Source: Nitrospirota bacterium
GTDB lineage: Bacteria; Nitrospirota; UBA9217
Reading direction: 5' to 3'
DNA length: 64,000 bases
Assembly (NCBI GenBank): GCA_963749655.1
Contig: CAVVOB010000024.1
Coordinates: 128,001 to 192,000 of the forward strand
Shown here: positions 9,421-19,746 of the stretch, in pieces
How the letters are laid out: each line of letters opens with the position of its first letter
Numbering within the stretch: the first letter of the stretch is position 1
Position numbers and translations under genes: made by a program
The notes under the pieces: generated by a model
Database searches by the model: none
What the model saw: the letters and a program-made list of their open reading frames with translations, nothing else
What the model was told of the DNA's origin: nothing

Positions 9421-10497
9421 TCAGTGAGTCTGCTCCAGGGTCGTACCGGGGTAGTAATGAGACAGGATCGATCGGAAGTCGGAACCGTTCCGGGCCATTT
9501 CTCTCGCGCCCCACTGGCAGAGCCCCACGCCGTGGCCGCTCCCTCTGCCCGAGAACACCGCCTCATCGCCCGACAGTTCCACATCAAAAAAAACGCTTGG
9601 TATCATGCTGTTGCCGATGGCGGCCCTCAGGACTTCCGCGGGGACCGTCCTGGTCCGGGACGGACCGCGGATTATGACGTCCTTGACCCTTCCTGCGGGG
9701 GTTATCTCCCCTATTCCCATGTCCCTGATGTCGACCAGGCCGTATTTGATGCGACGCAGGGCGCCGGCGATTTGCGAGATTTTGATACGCTTTTCCCACA
9801 GCCCGTTGGTCACGATCTCCTGGCAATTGCAGTCCACACCCTTGAGATAGGGTTCGTCTATGCCCCAGAGCTCTGCGGCGTTTTCCGTATGGCCGCCGCA
9901 GCTCGCATGGTAAAACGCCGGTATGATCTCTCCCTGATATGCGACCACAAGTCCCGTGGTCGCCCGTACTGCCTTGATTCCCTGCGGACGCTCACCGCTG
10001 ATTCCGTTATAGACTTGACTGTCGACAGTCGCGCGAATGTGATAAGGCCTGTTCCCCGCCGTCCCCTTCTGATACAGCGCGTAGGTCCGCGATGCAACCG
10101 CCTGCGCCTTCAGTGCCTCTTCCTCCCAGTCCGAAGGGATCTCCGAGGTGATGACTCCCCTGAGATAGTCCTCGATGTCCAGGTCGTTGATCACCAGAAG
10201 AAGCCCATTCTTCTTTTTGCGGAGCTCCATCCAGCCGCGGTATCGTTTTCCGTTCAGCCGGACAATTCCGTCCACGGCCCTGATGCGAAGAGGATTCCGG
10301 TCAAGGTCAGCGGGCGTGAATGTCAGCTCAAGCGAACCTGATCCCGGTTTGCGGCCATCAAGGACAAGTCCTGATGATGAGCCGACCGTAACCGTCTTTC
10401 GGCCGTCTGCAAGGGCTACACGGATGTGATCAGAAGCGACGGTCGGTGAGGGGAAACAGACGATGAACGTCAGCCAGATTAACAGTTTCCATTTCAT
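9421..10497 (-). CDS. SpoIID/LytB-domain lytic transglycosylase
   Basis: YRG..E, IEDYLRGVITSEIP, ALKAQAVASRTYA, and GSGHGVGLCQWGA motifs. Confidence 0.92.
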   Translation of the reverse strand: MKWKLLIWLTFIVCFPSPTVASDHIRVALADGRKTVTVGSSSGLVLDGRKPGSGSLELTFTPADLDRNPLRIRAVDGIVRLNGKRYRGWMELRKKKNGLLLVINDLDIEDYLRGVITSEIPSDWEEEALKAQAVASRTYALYQKGTAGNRPYHIRATVDSQVYNGISGERPQGIKAVRATTGLVVAYQGEIIPAFYHASCGGHTENAAELWGIDEPYLKGVDCNCQEIVTNGLWEKRIKISQIAGALRRIKYGLVDIRDMGIGEITPAGRVKDVIIRGPSRTRTVPAEVLRAAIGNSMIPSVFFDVELSGDEAVFSGRGSGHGVGLCQWGAREMARNGSDFRSILSHYYPGTTLEQTH

Positions 10498-10610
10498 GTT
10501 CACGGACGATCGCCTCAAGAAGGGCCAAAATGCAGAGAAACGCACGGGAGCGTTGACGGAAGCACCATAATTATTCATTCTCATTATCAATTATAAAGAA
10601 GGTGGGAGCG

Positions 10611-11150
10611 CTATCCTCTTGATTTTTTTTCATACCGTTCTTTTTCGCTGTAAATGCACCCGCAATACTGCTGGCGATAAAGTCCCATGGCCTTGGATTC
10701 GACGATTCCCTCGCGCCATCCCCGCCGAAAGTCCTCATAGTAGAACTCGACGCCATACTGGGCGGCCATTTCACGTGCCACCCCGGCAATCAGGTCATGT
10801 TTCTGGTATTTGCTGTAAAGCAGGGACGTCGAAAACAGAGGGAACTTGTCCTGTCGCGCGGCAGCGGCAACTGCATCGAGACGCATCCGGTAGCAGGACT
10901 CGCACCGCAGCGCCCCCCTCCCCGCTACACGAACAAGAAACTCGTCGAGATCATAGCCGTCCCGAAAAGTGACGTCGAGCCCGACGCGGCCGGCAAATTC
11001 CCTGACCGTGTCGAGCCGCCTGCGGTACTCGAGATAGGGATGGATGTTGGGATTGTAGAAAAAACCTCGCGGCTCAAAACCTTCTTCCTTGAGACGGTAG
11101 TAGGGATAGATGGCGCAAGGAGCGCAGCACATATGGAGAAGTATCGTCAC
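10611..11150 (-). CDS. queH: Epoxyqueuosine reductase QueH
   Basis: LLHMCCAPC, YNPNIHP, CESCY..RL, and YRQQYCGC motifs (DUF208 family). Confidence 0.92.
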   Translation of the reverse strand: MTILLHMCCAPCAIYPYYRLKEEGFEPRGFFYNPNIHPYLEYRRRLDTVREFAGRVGLDVTFRDGYDLDEFLVRVAGRGALRCESCYRMRLDAVAAAARQDKFPLFSTSLLYSKYQKHDLIAGVAREMAAQYGVEFYYEDFRRGWREGIVESKAMGLYRQQYCGCIYSEKERYEKKSRG

Positions 11151-11366
11151 AGTATTTCCCTGATTTCAAAACAAACGGCGGCTTCGACGGTGCGCAGATT
11201 GAATAAAACCATTTCTTATATACTGATGTGTCGCAGTCACGTGACTGAGTAAATCATGGGGAATGAGTATTGATCGCCGCATGGTGCCCTCAACAGTGAG
11301 ACGAACCTGTTCTCCCGGAGAAATCGTTTGGATCTCCTCGGGAGTGAGCCCTACGATCTCTGTTCG

Positions 11367-13051
11367 TTACCTACCAGTGCTATTGAGTCTTTGTTCAATT
11401 TGTTCAAAAACCGCCTGATATTTATGCTTCGGCGCTATGCTCAGGAACATCTTGTAGTAAAAGTATGCCCGAGCAGTATTTCCAAGCTTATCGTAGGTCA
11501 GTGCGATGTTGTAGCAGGCGTCGTAATTATCCGGATTTTTCTCTATTGCGGCCCGGTAAAACGTCAGGGCCTTGTTAAATTCTTTCCTAGAAAAATAGTT
11601 ATTCCCCTTTCCTGCGAGCGCCGAAGAACTATTCGGGGCCAGTTCAAGTTCCTTGTCAAAATAGACCATGCTCTCTTCAGCATTGCCAAGTTTGCCGTAA
11701 ATCTGCGCAATGATATCGTAAAGGCCGGCCAACTCATTAGACGGCGCTCGTTGTGTTGCCGTCTTAAGAACGTTCAAAGCGAGGTCGGGTCGCCCTGACC
11801 TCTCATGAAATGCGGCTAATCCCACATATCCCCCGAGCATATCGGGGTTATCGGCGATCAGTTTGGAATAAAATCGTCCGTCATTCTTCCAGTCGTTATT
11901 CGCAATTATCGTCAATGTGCCAAGCGTAACGAAGGGTGGCGGCAGCCATGAGCATCGTCTTGCGGCCAAGGCGCTTATTCATGGCATCGGTAAAATCGGC
12001 AACAATCAACATAAATCCGACAGACGGCAGGTAGAGATGACGCACAGCAAATGCTGGAACGTCTTTAAATGCCAACGACAAGGCAGGACCTAATATGATG
12101 ACAACCCACGCAATGGCAAAAAGCAGTGCGCTTGTTTCTCGGTGTGTAATAGATAAGCGCGCCGATGAGACAAACAGAAAACAGAATCGTTCCCAGGCCA
12201 ATGGTCGCGTTTTTCGGGAGAACAAAATAAAACGGAAGGGGCCACGGCAAAACAAGAAGCTTGATATAATGGGAGAAAAAACTGACCAAATGTGTCATCC
12301 CCTGGCCGGATAAGGATAGTATGCCGGAAACTTTTGTGAGGACCAGGGACCTGGTCAAGAGGTATGCCGCGCCGACTATGATATAAGCCGAGAGCCGAGC
12401 GATGCGAAGCTTCTCGGCCACAAGATAATCATAGAGGAAAACAACAGGAATAAAAACAATTGCCGTTTCTTTCGACAGGACGGCGCAGATGAAAAGAATG
12501 ACTGAGGATACGAAAGCGCTGGTTTTATCGTGAAGCGCATAGGCCCGGTAGGACAAAAATGCAGTAAGGAAAAAGAACGTCGCCAGGACATCAGTGACAC
12601 CTGAGATCCAGGAAACCGATTCCACATGAAGAGGCGTCAGCGCAAAACAAACGGCTGCAACGAGGGCTGGGAATATGCTGTCATATTCTGCGAGGGATCT
12701 GATCAGGAAAAAAACCAGAATTGAGTTGGCTATATGGATCATGATGTTGAATAGGTGATATCCAAAAGCGTGCTCCCCCCAAAGATAATAATTGAGTGCA
12801 ATACTGACCAGGTGGAGAGGCCGATACATTAACGGGTCTGCGAGATTAAGTTCTGAGCTGTTCCATACCCCTTTCGTAAAGTATTCGGGGACATAGGAGA
12901 AAGATGTAATCTTGATATTATTCAGGATCATCGGCCGATCATCGGACACAAAATCTCCACCGATGCTATTTGCGTATACGATCACGATACTTGCAATGAT
13001 TAAGAGAATTGATCCGATATGAAATTTGTTCTCTCTTAAAATTGATCGCAT
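11367..13051 (-). CDS. TMTC-like GT-C glycosyltransferase with C-terminal TPRs (two frameshifts, near 12130 and 11935)
   Basis: Three consecutive ORFs join into a paralogue of 17225-18910: FVSDD, YRPL, GYHLFN, PLHVESVSWISG, SKE, RHLYLPS, NNDWKND, then TPRs. Confidence 0.8.
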
Positions 13052-13099
13052 GCCAAAAACATCCTCCCTACCTCTTTTTTCACCTACCCGTGATTGACC

Positions 13100-13534
13100 T
13101 GCGGGTTGTGCAAAATACAGCGCCGGAAAATCTCGATCCTTATTCCTTTGTAGTCAAGTAGTAGTTGCCGTTCCCCGCGAGAGCCGAAAAGCTGTCCGGG
13201 TTTCGTTCAAGCTCTTTCCGGTAATAAGCAATGCTCTCACCGGTTTTACCTTGTTTGCGGAAAATTTGCCCAATGTGACCGTAAAGATGAGAGCGTTCCT
13301 TGGAAGTCACCCATTGTCACGCCATGTTCAGAACATTGATAGCCAGGCCGGGCTTTCCGAACCATTCATGTGACTCGGCTAATCTGATATATCCGCCTAA
13401 TACCTCGGGCAAACGATCCCTCCCCGATCGAGGACACTGACGAGCGCACGGTAGAGAGGGCTGATCATTTTTTCCTCGTTCAATACCGGAGCTACTATCA
13501 ACAGTGTCGGCGCCGCTTTTCCTTCAGTCATCAT
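13100..13534 (-). pseudogene. Deletion-fused remnant: GT2 N-terminus joined to a TMTC TPR fragment
   Basis: 13534-13397 reads MMTEGKAAPTLLIVAPVLNEEKMISPLYRALVSVLDRGGI (GT2 start). It is followed by PEVLGGYIRLAESHEWFGKPGLAINVLNMA*QW...SALAGNGNYYLTTKE*, which aligns with the 11367 TPR region and has in-frame stops. Confidence 0.75.
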
Positions 13535-13543
13535 CGTGCAGCC

Positions 13544-14272
13544 TTATCGTTTCCTCAGGACCGCCAGATAACTGGTCCCAAGGGGAAGAGATGCAAATTT
13601 CATGGCCAGCCTATCCAATGAGAATATTCCGTATAATGCCGCATTGATCCAGGGCGCCGGCAAGTATAAATCGCTTTTCTGCCGCCCGCTGTCCCGCCTG
13701 ACCAGCCGGAAACAGGCGATCGCGGAAAACAGCATGCAGTTGAAGGACGAGAAAAAAAGCTCGTCCACTGCAGAATCCTTCCAGAGTCGACGCAACTCCC
13801 GTCTGCCATACCGACGCTTGTGCCCCAGCGCCTCATCGTGTCCACTCCAAAGGAAGCGGTGCGCGGGAACGGTAACGACGAGACAGGCGCCTGATTTCAA
13901 ACGGCGGATAATGTCGTTCAAAAAAACGAAATCCTCGCCGACGTGTTCAAGAACGTCGGCCAGCACCACGGCATCCAGGTGCTGCCACCTGCCGCGCAGA
14001 ACGTCGCGGAAGTCACCGCAGTGAACGGTCAGGCCGGGCCTCTGCCGGGCAAATTCCACGGCATGGGACGAGATGTCCACGCCGAGCACGTCATAATACT
14101 CGCGGAATGCGTTGAGATTGCCGCCGGTGCCGCAGCCTATTTCCGCAACGGTTCGCCCCTGATGCTGCGGAACGTATTTCTTCAATGCGTCGAGCAGGAT
14201 GGCTCGTCTGGCCATGAACCACCAGTGAACGTCCTCAATGCGTGCATGCAGCGCGAATTCAGACGGGTCCAT
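13544..14272 (-). CDS. Class I SAM-dependent methyltransferase
   Basis: HWWF..RR, EIGCGTG, DVLEH, TVPA..FLWS.HD..GH.RRY motifs, typical of glycosylation loci. Confidence 0.88.
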   Translation of the reverse strand: MDPSEFALHARIEDVHWWFMARRAILLDALKKYVPQHQGRTVAEIGCGTGGNLNAFREYYDVLGVDISSHAVEFARQRPGLTVHCGDFRDVLRGRWQHLDAVVLADVLEHVGEDFVFLNDIIRRLKSGACLVVTVPAHRFLWSGHDEALGHKRRYGRRELRRLWKDSAVDELFFSSFNCMLFSAIACFRLVRRDSGRQKSDLYLPAPWINAALYGIFSLDRLAMKFASLPLGTSYLAVLRKR

Positions 14273-14274
14273 GG

Positions 14275-15294
14275 CTACAGCAGTTTCTCCTGGGCTGATG
14301 CGGGCTTCTTCCTTCCGAAATATTCATAGGCCAGCCGTGTGGCCAGCCGTCCCCGCGGGGTGCGGTCGAGAAAGCCCTCCTGGATCAGGAAGGGCTCGTA
14401 CACGTCCTCAAGGGTATCCTTTTCTTCGTTGAGCACGGCGGCCAGCGTTTCGAGCCCCACCGGTCCGCCGTCGAACTTGTCGATAATGGACAGCATGAGC
14501 ATGCGGTCCATGTGATCGAGCCCCTTCTCATCCACTTCCAGCCGCTTCATCGTACTCACCACGAGGTCCTGCGTTATCGCGCCGTTTCCCTGAACCTGCG
14601 CAAAATCCCGCACCCTCCGGAGCAGCCGATTGGCGATCCGAGGCGTTCCCCGCGAACGCCGGGCTATCTCAACGGCGGCATCGGCTTCTAATGCGGTCTG
14701 GAGCAGACCGGCCGAACGCTGGACGATCCGTCTGAGTTCTTCGGGAGCATAAAAGCCGAACCGGTCGATGACGCCAAATCGATCACGGAGGGGGGAGGTA
14801 AGCAGGCCCGTCCGTGTGGTTGCGCCCACCAGAGTAAAAGAAGGCAGATCGAGCTTGATCGAGCGCGCTCCCGGGCCCTGCCCGATGATGATGTCCAGCT
14901 GATAATCCTCCATGGCCGGGTAGAGGATTTCCTCGACGACATGGTTCAAACGGTGGATCTCATCGATGAACAGAACATCGCGATCCTGGAGGCTCGTGAG
15001 AATGGCGGCCAGATCACCGGCTCGCTCAAGCACCGGACCTGAGGTGGCCTTGATGCTTACCCCCAGTTCGTGGGCGATGATGTTCGCGAGGGTGGTCTTG
15101 CCGAGCCCCGGCGGTCCGCAGAACAGCACGTGATCGAGCGCCTCCCCCCTTGCCCTGGCCGCGTTGATGAAGACGCGCAGATTGTCTTTGATCCTGTCCT
15201 GACCGACAAAATCTTCGAAGCGAAGAGGTCTCAGGCTACGGTCCAATTTTACATCATCATCATTCTGTTCGGGTTCAATGATTCGTTTCGGCAT
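14275..15294 (-). CDS. ruvB: Holliday junction helicase RuvB
   Basis: [29 protein letters not shown], and [17 protein letters not shown]. Confidence 0.98.
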   Translation of the reverse strand: MPKRIIEPEQNDDDVKLDRSLRPLRFEDFVGQDRIKDNLRVFINAARARGEALDHVLFCGPPGLGKTTLANIIAHELGVSIKATSGPVLERAGDLAAILTSLQDRDVLFIDEIHRLNHVVEEILYPAMEDYQLDIIIGQGPGARSIKLDLPSFTLVGATTRTGLLTSPLRDRFGVIDRFGFYAPEELRRIVQRSAGLLQTALEADAAVEIARRSRGTPRIANRLLRRVRDFAQVQGNGAITQDLVVSTMKRLEVDEKGLDHMDRMLMLSIIDKFDGGPVGLETLAAVLNEEKDTLEDVYEPFLIQEGFLDRTPRGRLATRLAYEYFGRKKPASAQEKLL

Positions 15295-15324
15295 AGTTCC
15301 GGTCCACTCGAATAAAGTATAAGG

Positions 15325-16107
15325 TCAGCATGCCTGTGCGATCACGTATTGCGTCCAGAGCAATTGCTGACACGATCCCCGACGGCATTTCTTTTCCAGC
15401 CATTGTTCAATGAGTACCGCTGTCTCACCTGCCAATTCGGCGAAAACCGGCAAGTAGAAACCCGAAGTAAAGTATTCATTTAAGCGAAATCCGGCCGACG
15501 TCAACTGATGGACGAGATCATTCCGTGTTAAAAGGTTAAGATGGCCGAGACCCTGAACCGGCTCCCGGTAAAGCAAAGAAACAATTCGCTTGATCCCGGG
15601 CAAAAACGCTATTTTTGCCAAAATTTCCAGCGGACTGTATTTCTGAGGCGTTGATAAAATCAAAATCCCGCCGGGCTTTAGAAGACGATGCATTTCCTTG
15701 ATTGCCGTCTGTGAATCCCTAATATGCTCAACGACCTCGCTGCAAAGGATAAGATCAAAGCTGTTTGACGGCAACAATGATCGGGCGATGTCATCACCGA
15801 GGAGCTTCAGGCTCGGATAGCGATGTGCCAACGCTCCAAGGTCGGCGAGAAAACTGTCTTCGACATCGATTACCGTAACATTGGTACAGCACTCGGACAG
15901 TGCCGGTATATAGACGCCGCTGCCCGGACCAACCTCCAATGCATTTTCTATTTTTTCAGCTGCCATTCGTTTTAATGAATTGATTATCCATTCACGACGA
16001 CTGGAATGAAGCCACTTCCGGGTCGGATTCCTGGACTGATATATGGTTTTTTGTATTTGAACCGCTGAGGGATCTTGACTCACGCTATCACCACCGCTCC
16101 CCATCAT
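15325..16107 (-). CDS. Class I SAM-dependent methyltransferase
   Basis: LEVGPGSG, FDLILCSEVVEH, and LKPGG.LILSTP. Confidence 0.88.
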   Translation of the reverse strand: MMGSGGDSVSQDPSAVQIQKTIYQSRNPTRKWLHSSRREWIINSLKRMAAEKIENALEVGPGSGVYIPALSECCTNVTVIDVEDSFLADLGALAHRYPSLKLLGDDIARSLLPSNSFDLILCSEVVEHIRDSQTAIKEMHRLLKPGGILILSTPQKYSPLEILAKIAFLPGIKRIVSLLYREPVQGLGHLNLLTRNDLVHQLTSAGFRLNEYFTSGFYLPVFAELAGETAVLIEQWLEKKCRRGSCQQLLWTQYVIAQAC

Positions 16108-16111
16108 CAGC

Positions 16112-17062
16112 TTATAGCTGTTGATTCCCGTTACTGGTCTCTCTTACGATATAGAGCGGCCTTTTCTGTGATTCGCTATAAATTTTCCCCACATACTCAC
16201 CGATCACGCCGAGAAATGTAAGCTGAACGCCGCCAAGAAAAAACATGCCGGTGGTGAGCAGCGCATACCCGGGGATGTCCAGCCCCCGGAACAATTTATA
16301 AAGAACGATATAGCCGCCCATAAAAAAACTGAAACAAATAGTGAGCAAGCCGAATAAAATGCATATGCGCAACGGCACCAGGCTGAACCCGAAAAGAGCG
16401 TCCATGGAAAGCAAGGTCAGGCGGATCCAGTTATACTTGGTTTTGCCTGATTTCCTCGGCATCCGTTCATATTCGATGGAACACTGCTTGTAACCCAACC
16501 AGGCAAAAAGTCCCCGGACAAACCGATTTCGTTCCGAGAGCTGATTGAAGGCATCAACAACCTTTCTGTCCACCAGTCGGAAATCTCCGACATCCGCAGG
16601 AATTTTGACCGAGCTGAAGGCACTCATGATCCGATAAAATACATGAGACGTAATTTTTTTAAATATATTTTCTCCGCTTCGCGACTTTCGCCGTGCATAA
16701 ACCACTTCATGGCCTTCCCGCCATAATTCGTACATTTTGGGGATCAGTCCCGGCGGATCCTGCATATCGGCATCAATAAGCACAACCGCGCTTCCCCGGG
16801 TCATTCGCAGCCCGCAGCTGGACGCAGCTTCATGACCGAAATTACGGCTGAAAGAAGCAAAACGCACCCGCTTGTCTCTCTCCGCCACTTGCTTTATCAC
16901 CTTCAGGGAGCTGTCCTGCGACCCGTCATCGACAAATATCAGCTCAAAAGCGATTCCCGCCTTGTCCAGAGCGGCGCAGACAGCTTCGTGAAGCTGCTCG
17001 ATCGAATCTTGTTCATTATACACAGGAGTTACCACTGAAAGTATGGGAATAGCTTCAGCCAT
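16112..17062 (-). CDS. GT2 polyprenyl-phosphate glycosyltransferase (GtrB/ArnC-like)
   Basis: SVVTPVYNE, VDDGSQD, SRNFGH, DADMQDPP, GDFRL, two C-terminal TM helices, and GEYVGKIY..RPLY. Confidence 0.92.
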   Translation of the reverse strand: MAEAIPILSVVTPVYNEQDSIEQLHEAVCAALDKAGIAFELIFVDDGSQDSSLKVIKQVAERDKRVRFASFSRNFGHEAASSCGLRMTRGSAVVLIDADMQDPPGLIPKMYELWREGHEVVYARRKSRSGENIFKKITSHVFYRIMSAFSSVKIPADVGDFRLVDRKVVDAFNQLSERNRFVRGLFAWLGYKQCSIEYERMPRKSGKTKYNWIRLTLLSMDALFGFSLVPLRICILFGLLTICFSFFMGGYIVLYKLFRGLDIPGYALLTTGMFFLGGVQLTFLGVIGEYVGKIYSESQKRPLYIVRETSNGNQQL

Positions 17063-17224
17063 TACGCCTCCCGACCTTTTTCAGAACAAGCAATAACTGG
17101 CGCCGCAAGGCAGGGGAACGATACTGATCACAAACATCAGCAACGAGATTATAGGGTGCTGTATCCATCACAGGTTTTATAATTTGGCTGTCGATCACGA
17201 CACATCGGCTGCAGATGCAATTTA

Positions 17225-18910
17225 TCATTTTCTCAGCCGGAGGAGATCGCTCTTCGCCTGCTGAATACTGGCGGCATATTCGAGAACCGGAGCAGAAGAA
17301 ATAAACAGCTCATAAAACCGCGCGGCTTTTTTTGGCTCTCCCAGCACTTCATATGCCATCGCAACATTGTAACATGCTTCGTAGTTCTTCTTATCGTTCG
17401 CGAAGGCTTCCAGGTAGAAATCCAGGGCTTTTCGATATTCCCCTGCGCCCCAGTAGTTATTTCCAATGCCGGTAAACGCACGGGAATCTCCGGGTGACAG
17501 GGCAAGCAGCTTGTCATAATAGAACAGGCTTTGCTTCTTGTCGCCGCTTTTCCCGTAGATCATTCCCAGGTTTTGATACAGCGATGTCAGCTCCGTGCCG
17601 ACGGCATATCTCGTCGCGCGCAAATATTCTTCTATGGCCTTTCCGGAATTTCCGGTCCTTTCATAATACGCCCCCAAACCGCTGTAAGCCCCGGCATATT
17701 CAGGATTGTACTTAATTGCTTTCGTGTAAAAGACGCCATCATCCTTCCAGTCCCTGTTTGCCTCCACGGTCAGAACTCCGAAAACCAAAACAACGGCAAT
17801 AACAAGGGCGGCGGTCACGACTCTACTTTTTTCAACACCCGCCTCGATGAACCAAGCCGCTGCAATACTGAATCCTACGGAAGGTAAATAAAGCACCCGC
17901 TCCATGATATGCGGTTTATCGTTAAATGCCACCAGCAGCGGCGGCGACAGGGTGACGAGAAGCCACCCAAGCGCAAAGAGCACCGTTTTTTGTTTTCTCG
18001 CATATAGGACAAAGACCGCAAAGCAGAAAAGAACGGTAAAGGCGCCGGCGATGTTCATGAATCCCTGAGCTGGACGGGTAAAATAAAAAGCAAGCGGCCA
18101 TGGAAAAAGCAGCAGCTTTATGTATGCAGCGAAAAACTCCACAACATGGCTGATCCCCTTCCAGGAAAGCTGCAGTGTGGCGGCAGAGTCGCCCAGGGCC
18201 ATACCCCTGAGCAGCATAAAGAGCGCGATAGGGATGGTGAACACTGCCACGCGCTGAAGAGAATTTTTTTTATCCCCCCTTGCCATATCGTACCCCCAGA
18301 CAAGTGCGGGGAATACAATGCCTACCTCCTTGAGCAACATGGCCACGCAGGACAGGATCACGGCCCAAATTAGAAAAATCGCCTTGTTCGTTTTCAGATA
18401 ACGAATATACAACAATAAGCCGCCGACGACCGCGCCGGTAAGCAGCAGATCGTTGCGTCCGACTATCCAGCTTACCGCTTCGGAATGAACGGGATGAACC
18501 GCAAAAATGACGGCTCCCGCAAACGGAACCAGTATCGAAGCATCGCTGAAAAAAGCCCTCATCAGCAGGAAGACGAGAAGAGAATTGACGACATGCAGGA
18601 GGATGTTTTCGAGATGATAACCGAAGGGTCCGGTTCCCCATACCCGATAGGACAAATAGAGCTCGACAAGCAGCAGCGGCCTGTATAAGTATTGATCCTC
18701 GACATTAATCGCCGTGTTGTTCCATAGTCCTGTTTTGAAATAATCGGGTAAGTAGCGGACCGAAGTTATCCTGGCGTTCTCGGCGATGACCGGCCTATCG
18801 TCGCTGACGAACTCACCGTCAAGACTGTTTATGAAAACAAAGAAAGATATGAACGCGACGAGGGTCATTGCGACCAAAGAATTGAGCTGAAAGTTTTTTA
18901 AAATAACCAT
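17225..18910 (-). CDS. TMTC-like GT-C glycosyltransferase with C-terminal TPRs
   Basis: FVSDD, YRPL, GYHL.N..LH, FAVHPVHSEAVSWIVGR, LLKE, ERVLYLPS, NRDW, many TM segments, then TPRs. Confidence 0.85.
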   Translation of the reverse strand: MVILKNFQLNSLVAMTLVAFISFFVFINSLDGEFVSDDRPVIAENARITSVRYLPDYFKTGLWNNTAINVEDQYLYRPLLLVELYLSYRVWGTGPFGYHLENILLHVVNSLLVFLLMRAFFSDASILVPFAGAVIFAVHPVHSEAVSWIVGRNDLLLTGAVVGGLLLYIRYLKTNKAIFLIWAVILSCVAMLLKEVGIVFPALVWGYDMARGDKKNSLQRVAVFTIPIALFMLLRGMALGDSAATLQLSWKGISHVVEFFAAYIKLLLFPWPLAFYFTRPAQGFMNIAGAFTVLFCFAVFVLYARKQKTVLFALGWLLVTLSPPLLVAFNDKPHIMERVLYLPSVGFSIAAAWFIEAGVEKSRVVTAALVIAVVLVFGVLTVEANRDWKDDGVFYTKAIKYNPEYAGAYSGLGAYYERTGNSGKAIEEYLRATRYAVGTELTSLYQNLGMIYGKSGDKKQSLFYYDKLLALSPGDSRAFTGIGNNYWGAGEYRKALDFYLEAFANDKKNYEACYNVAMAYEVLGEPKKAARFYELFISSAPVLEYAASIQQAKSDLLRLRK

Positions 18911-18973
18911 CGTCAGTATCCGGCTCGATCTTTTTTGAATTCGAAATACACCCTTTTCGATACCCGATCAGGA

Positions 18974-19073
18974 GTGGAGCCCCCTCCGGCAGGAGCCGGA
19001 GGCTCCCTCGAACAACGCGACCACCCGGAACTGCGAACTCGCGCATGCGTGACACGTTTGTGTCACGCGCGAG
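18974..19073. repeat. Structured intergenic element, copy A
   Basis: Blocks GTGGAGCCCCCTCCGGCA, ACGCGAC and GGAACTGCGAACTCGCG are shared with 41155-41271; internal hairpins are present. Confidence 0.65.
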
Positions 19074-19136
19074 TGAGCGCTTTCCCCCCCGGCCGGAGCC
19101 GGGGGATGCCAAGGCGCGGGATAGCACGTTCTCAAG

Positions 19137-19745
19137 TCATGGATTCCGTCGCATCAACGCTGCCAGCGCTTCCCGGATCAACTCCTCGACCGTAAGGCCC
19201 GAACGGCTCTGGCCGGCTTTCCTGACTGCCTCTTCCGCCAGGGCTCTTTTGTATCCAAGGTTCACGAGCGCTGAAACTACATCCTCAACCTCGCCGCCCG
19301 TTGCACCAGAGGGCGTCCGCAAAGCAACCCCCGAGGGTATAAGCAGTTTCATCTTGTCCCTGAGCTCCAGCACCATCCTGGCCGCTGTCTTCTTGCCGAT
19401 GCCCGGGATCGTGCAGAGTTTTGAATCGTCGGAAGATTGAAGGGCTGTAGCGATGTCTCCGATGGACAGGCTCGAAAGGATGGCAAGCGCCAGACGGGGG
19501 CCGATGCCGGAGACACCCATGAGCAGGAGGAACATCTCCTTTTCCGCCTCCGTCAGAAAACCGAAGAGCAAAAGGGCGTCCTCGCGAACATGGGTATGGA
19601 TATGGAGAGTGACATCTTCGCCTACCTCAGGAATGCTGCAGTAGGTCGAAAGCGGCGCCTGGACCTGGTATCCCACGCCTGAAACATCGACGACCAGGTA
19701 ATCAGCGGCCTTGCGCAACAGCCTGCCGGAAAGCCTTGCGATCAT
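19137..19745 (-). CDS. ruvA: Holliday junction DNA-binding protein RuvA
   Basis: MIARLSG, VDVSGVGY, VRED..LFGF, GVSGIGPRLA, PGIGKKTA, and ALVNLGY. Confidence 0.97.
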   Translation of the reverse strand: MIARLSGRLLRKAADYLVVDVSGVGYQVQAPLSTYCSIPEVGEDVTLHIHTHVREDALLLFGFLTEAEKEMFLLLMGVSGIGPRLALAILSSLSIGDIATALQSSDDSKLCTIPGIGKKTAARMVLELRDKMKLLIPSGVALRTPSGATGGEVEDVVSALVNLGYKRALAEEAVRKAGQSRSGLTVEELIREALAALMRRNP

Positions 19746-19746
19746 T

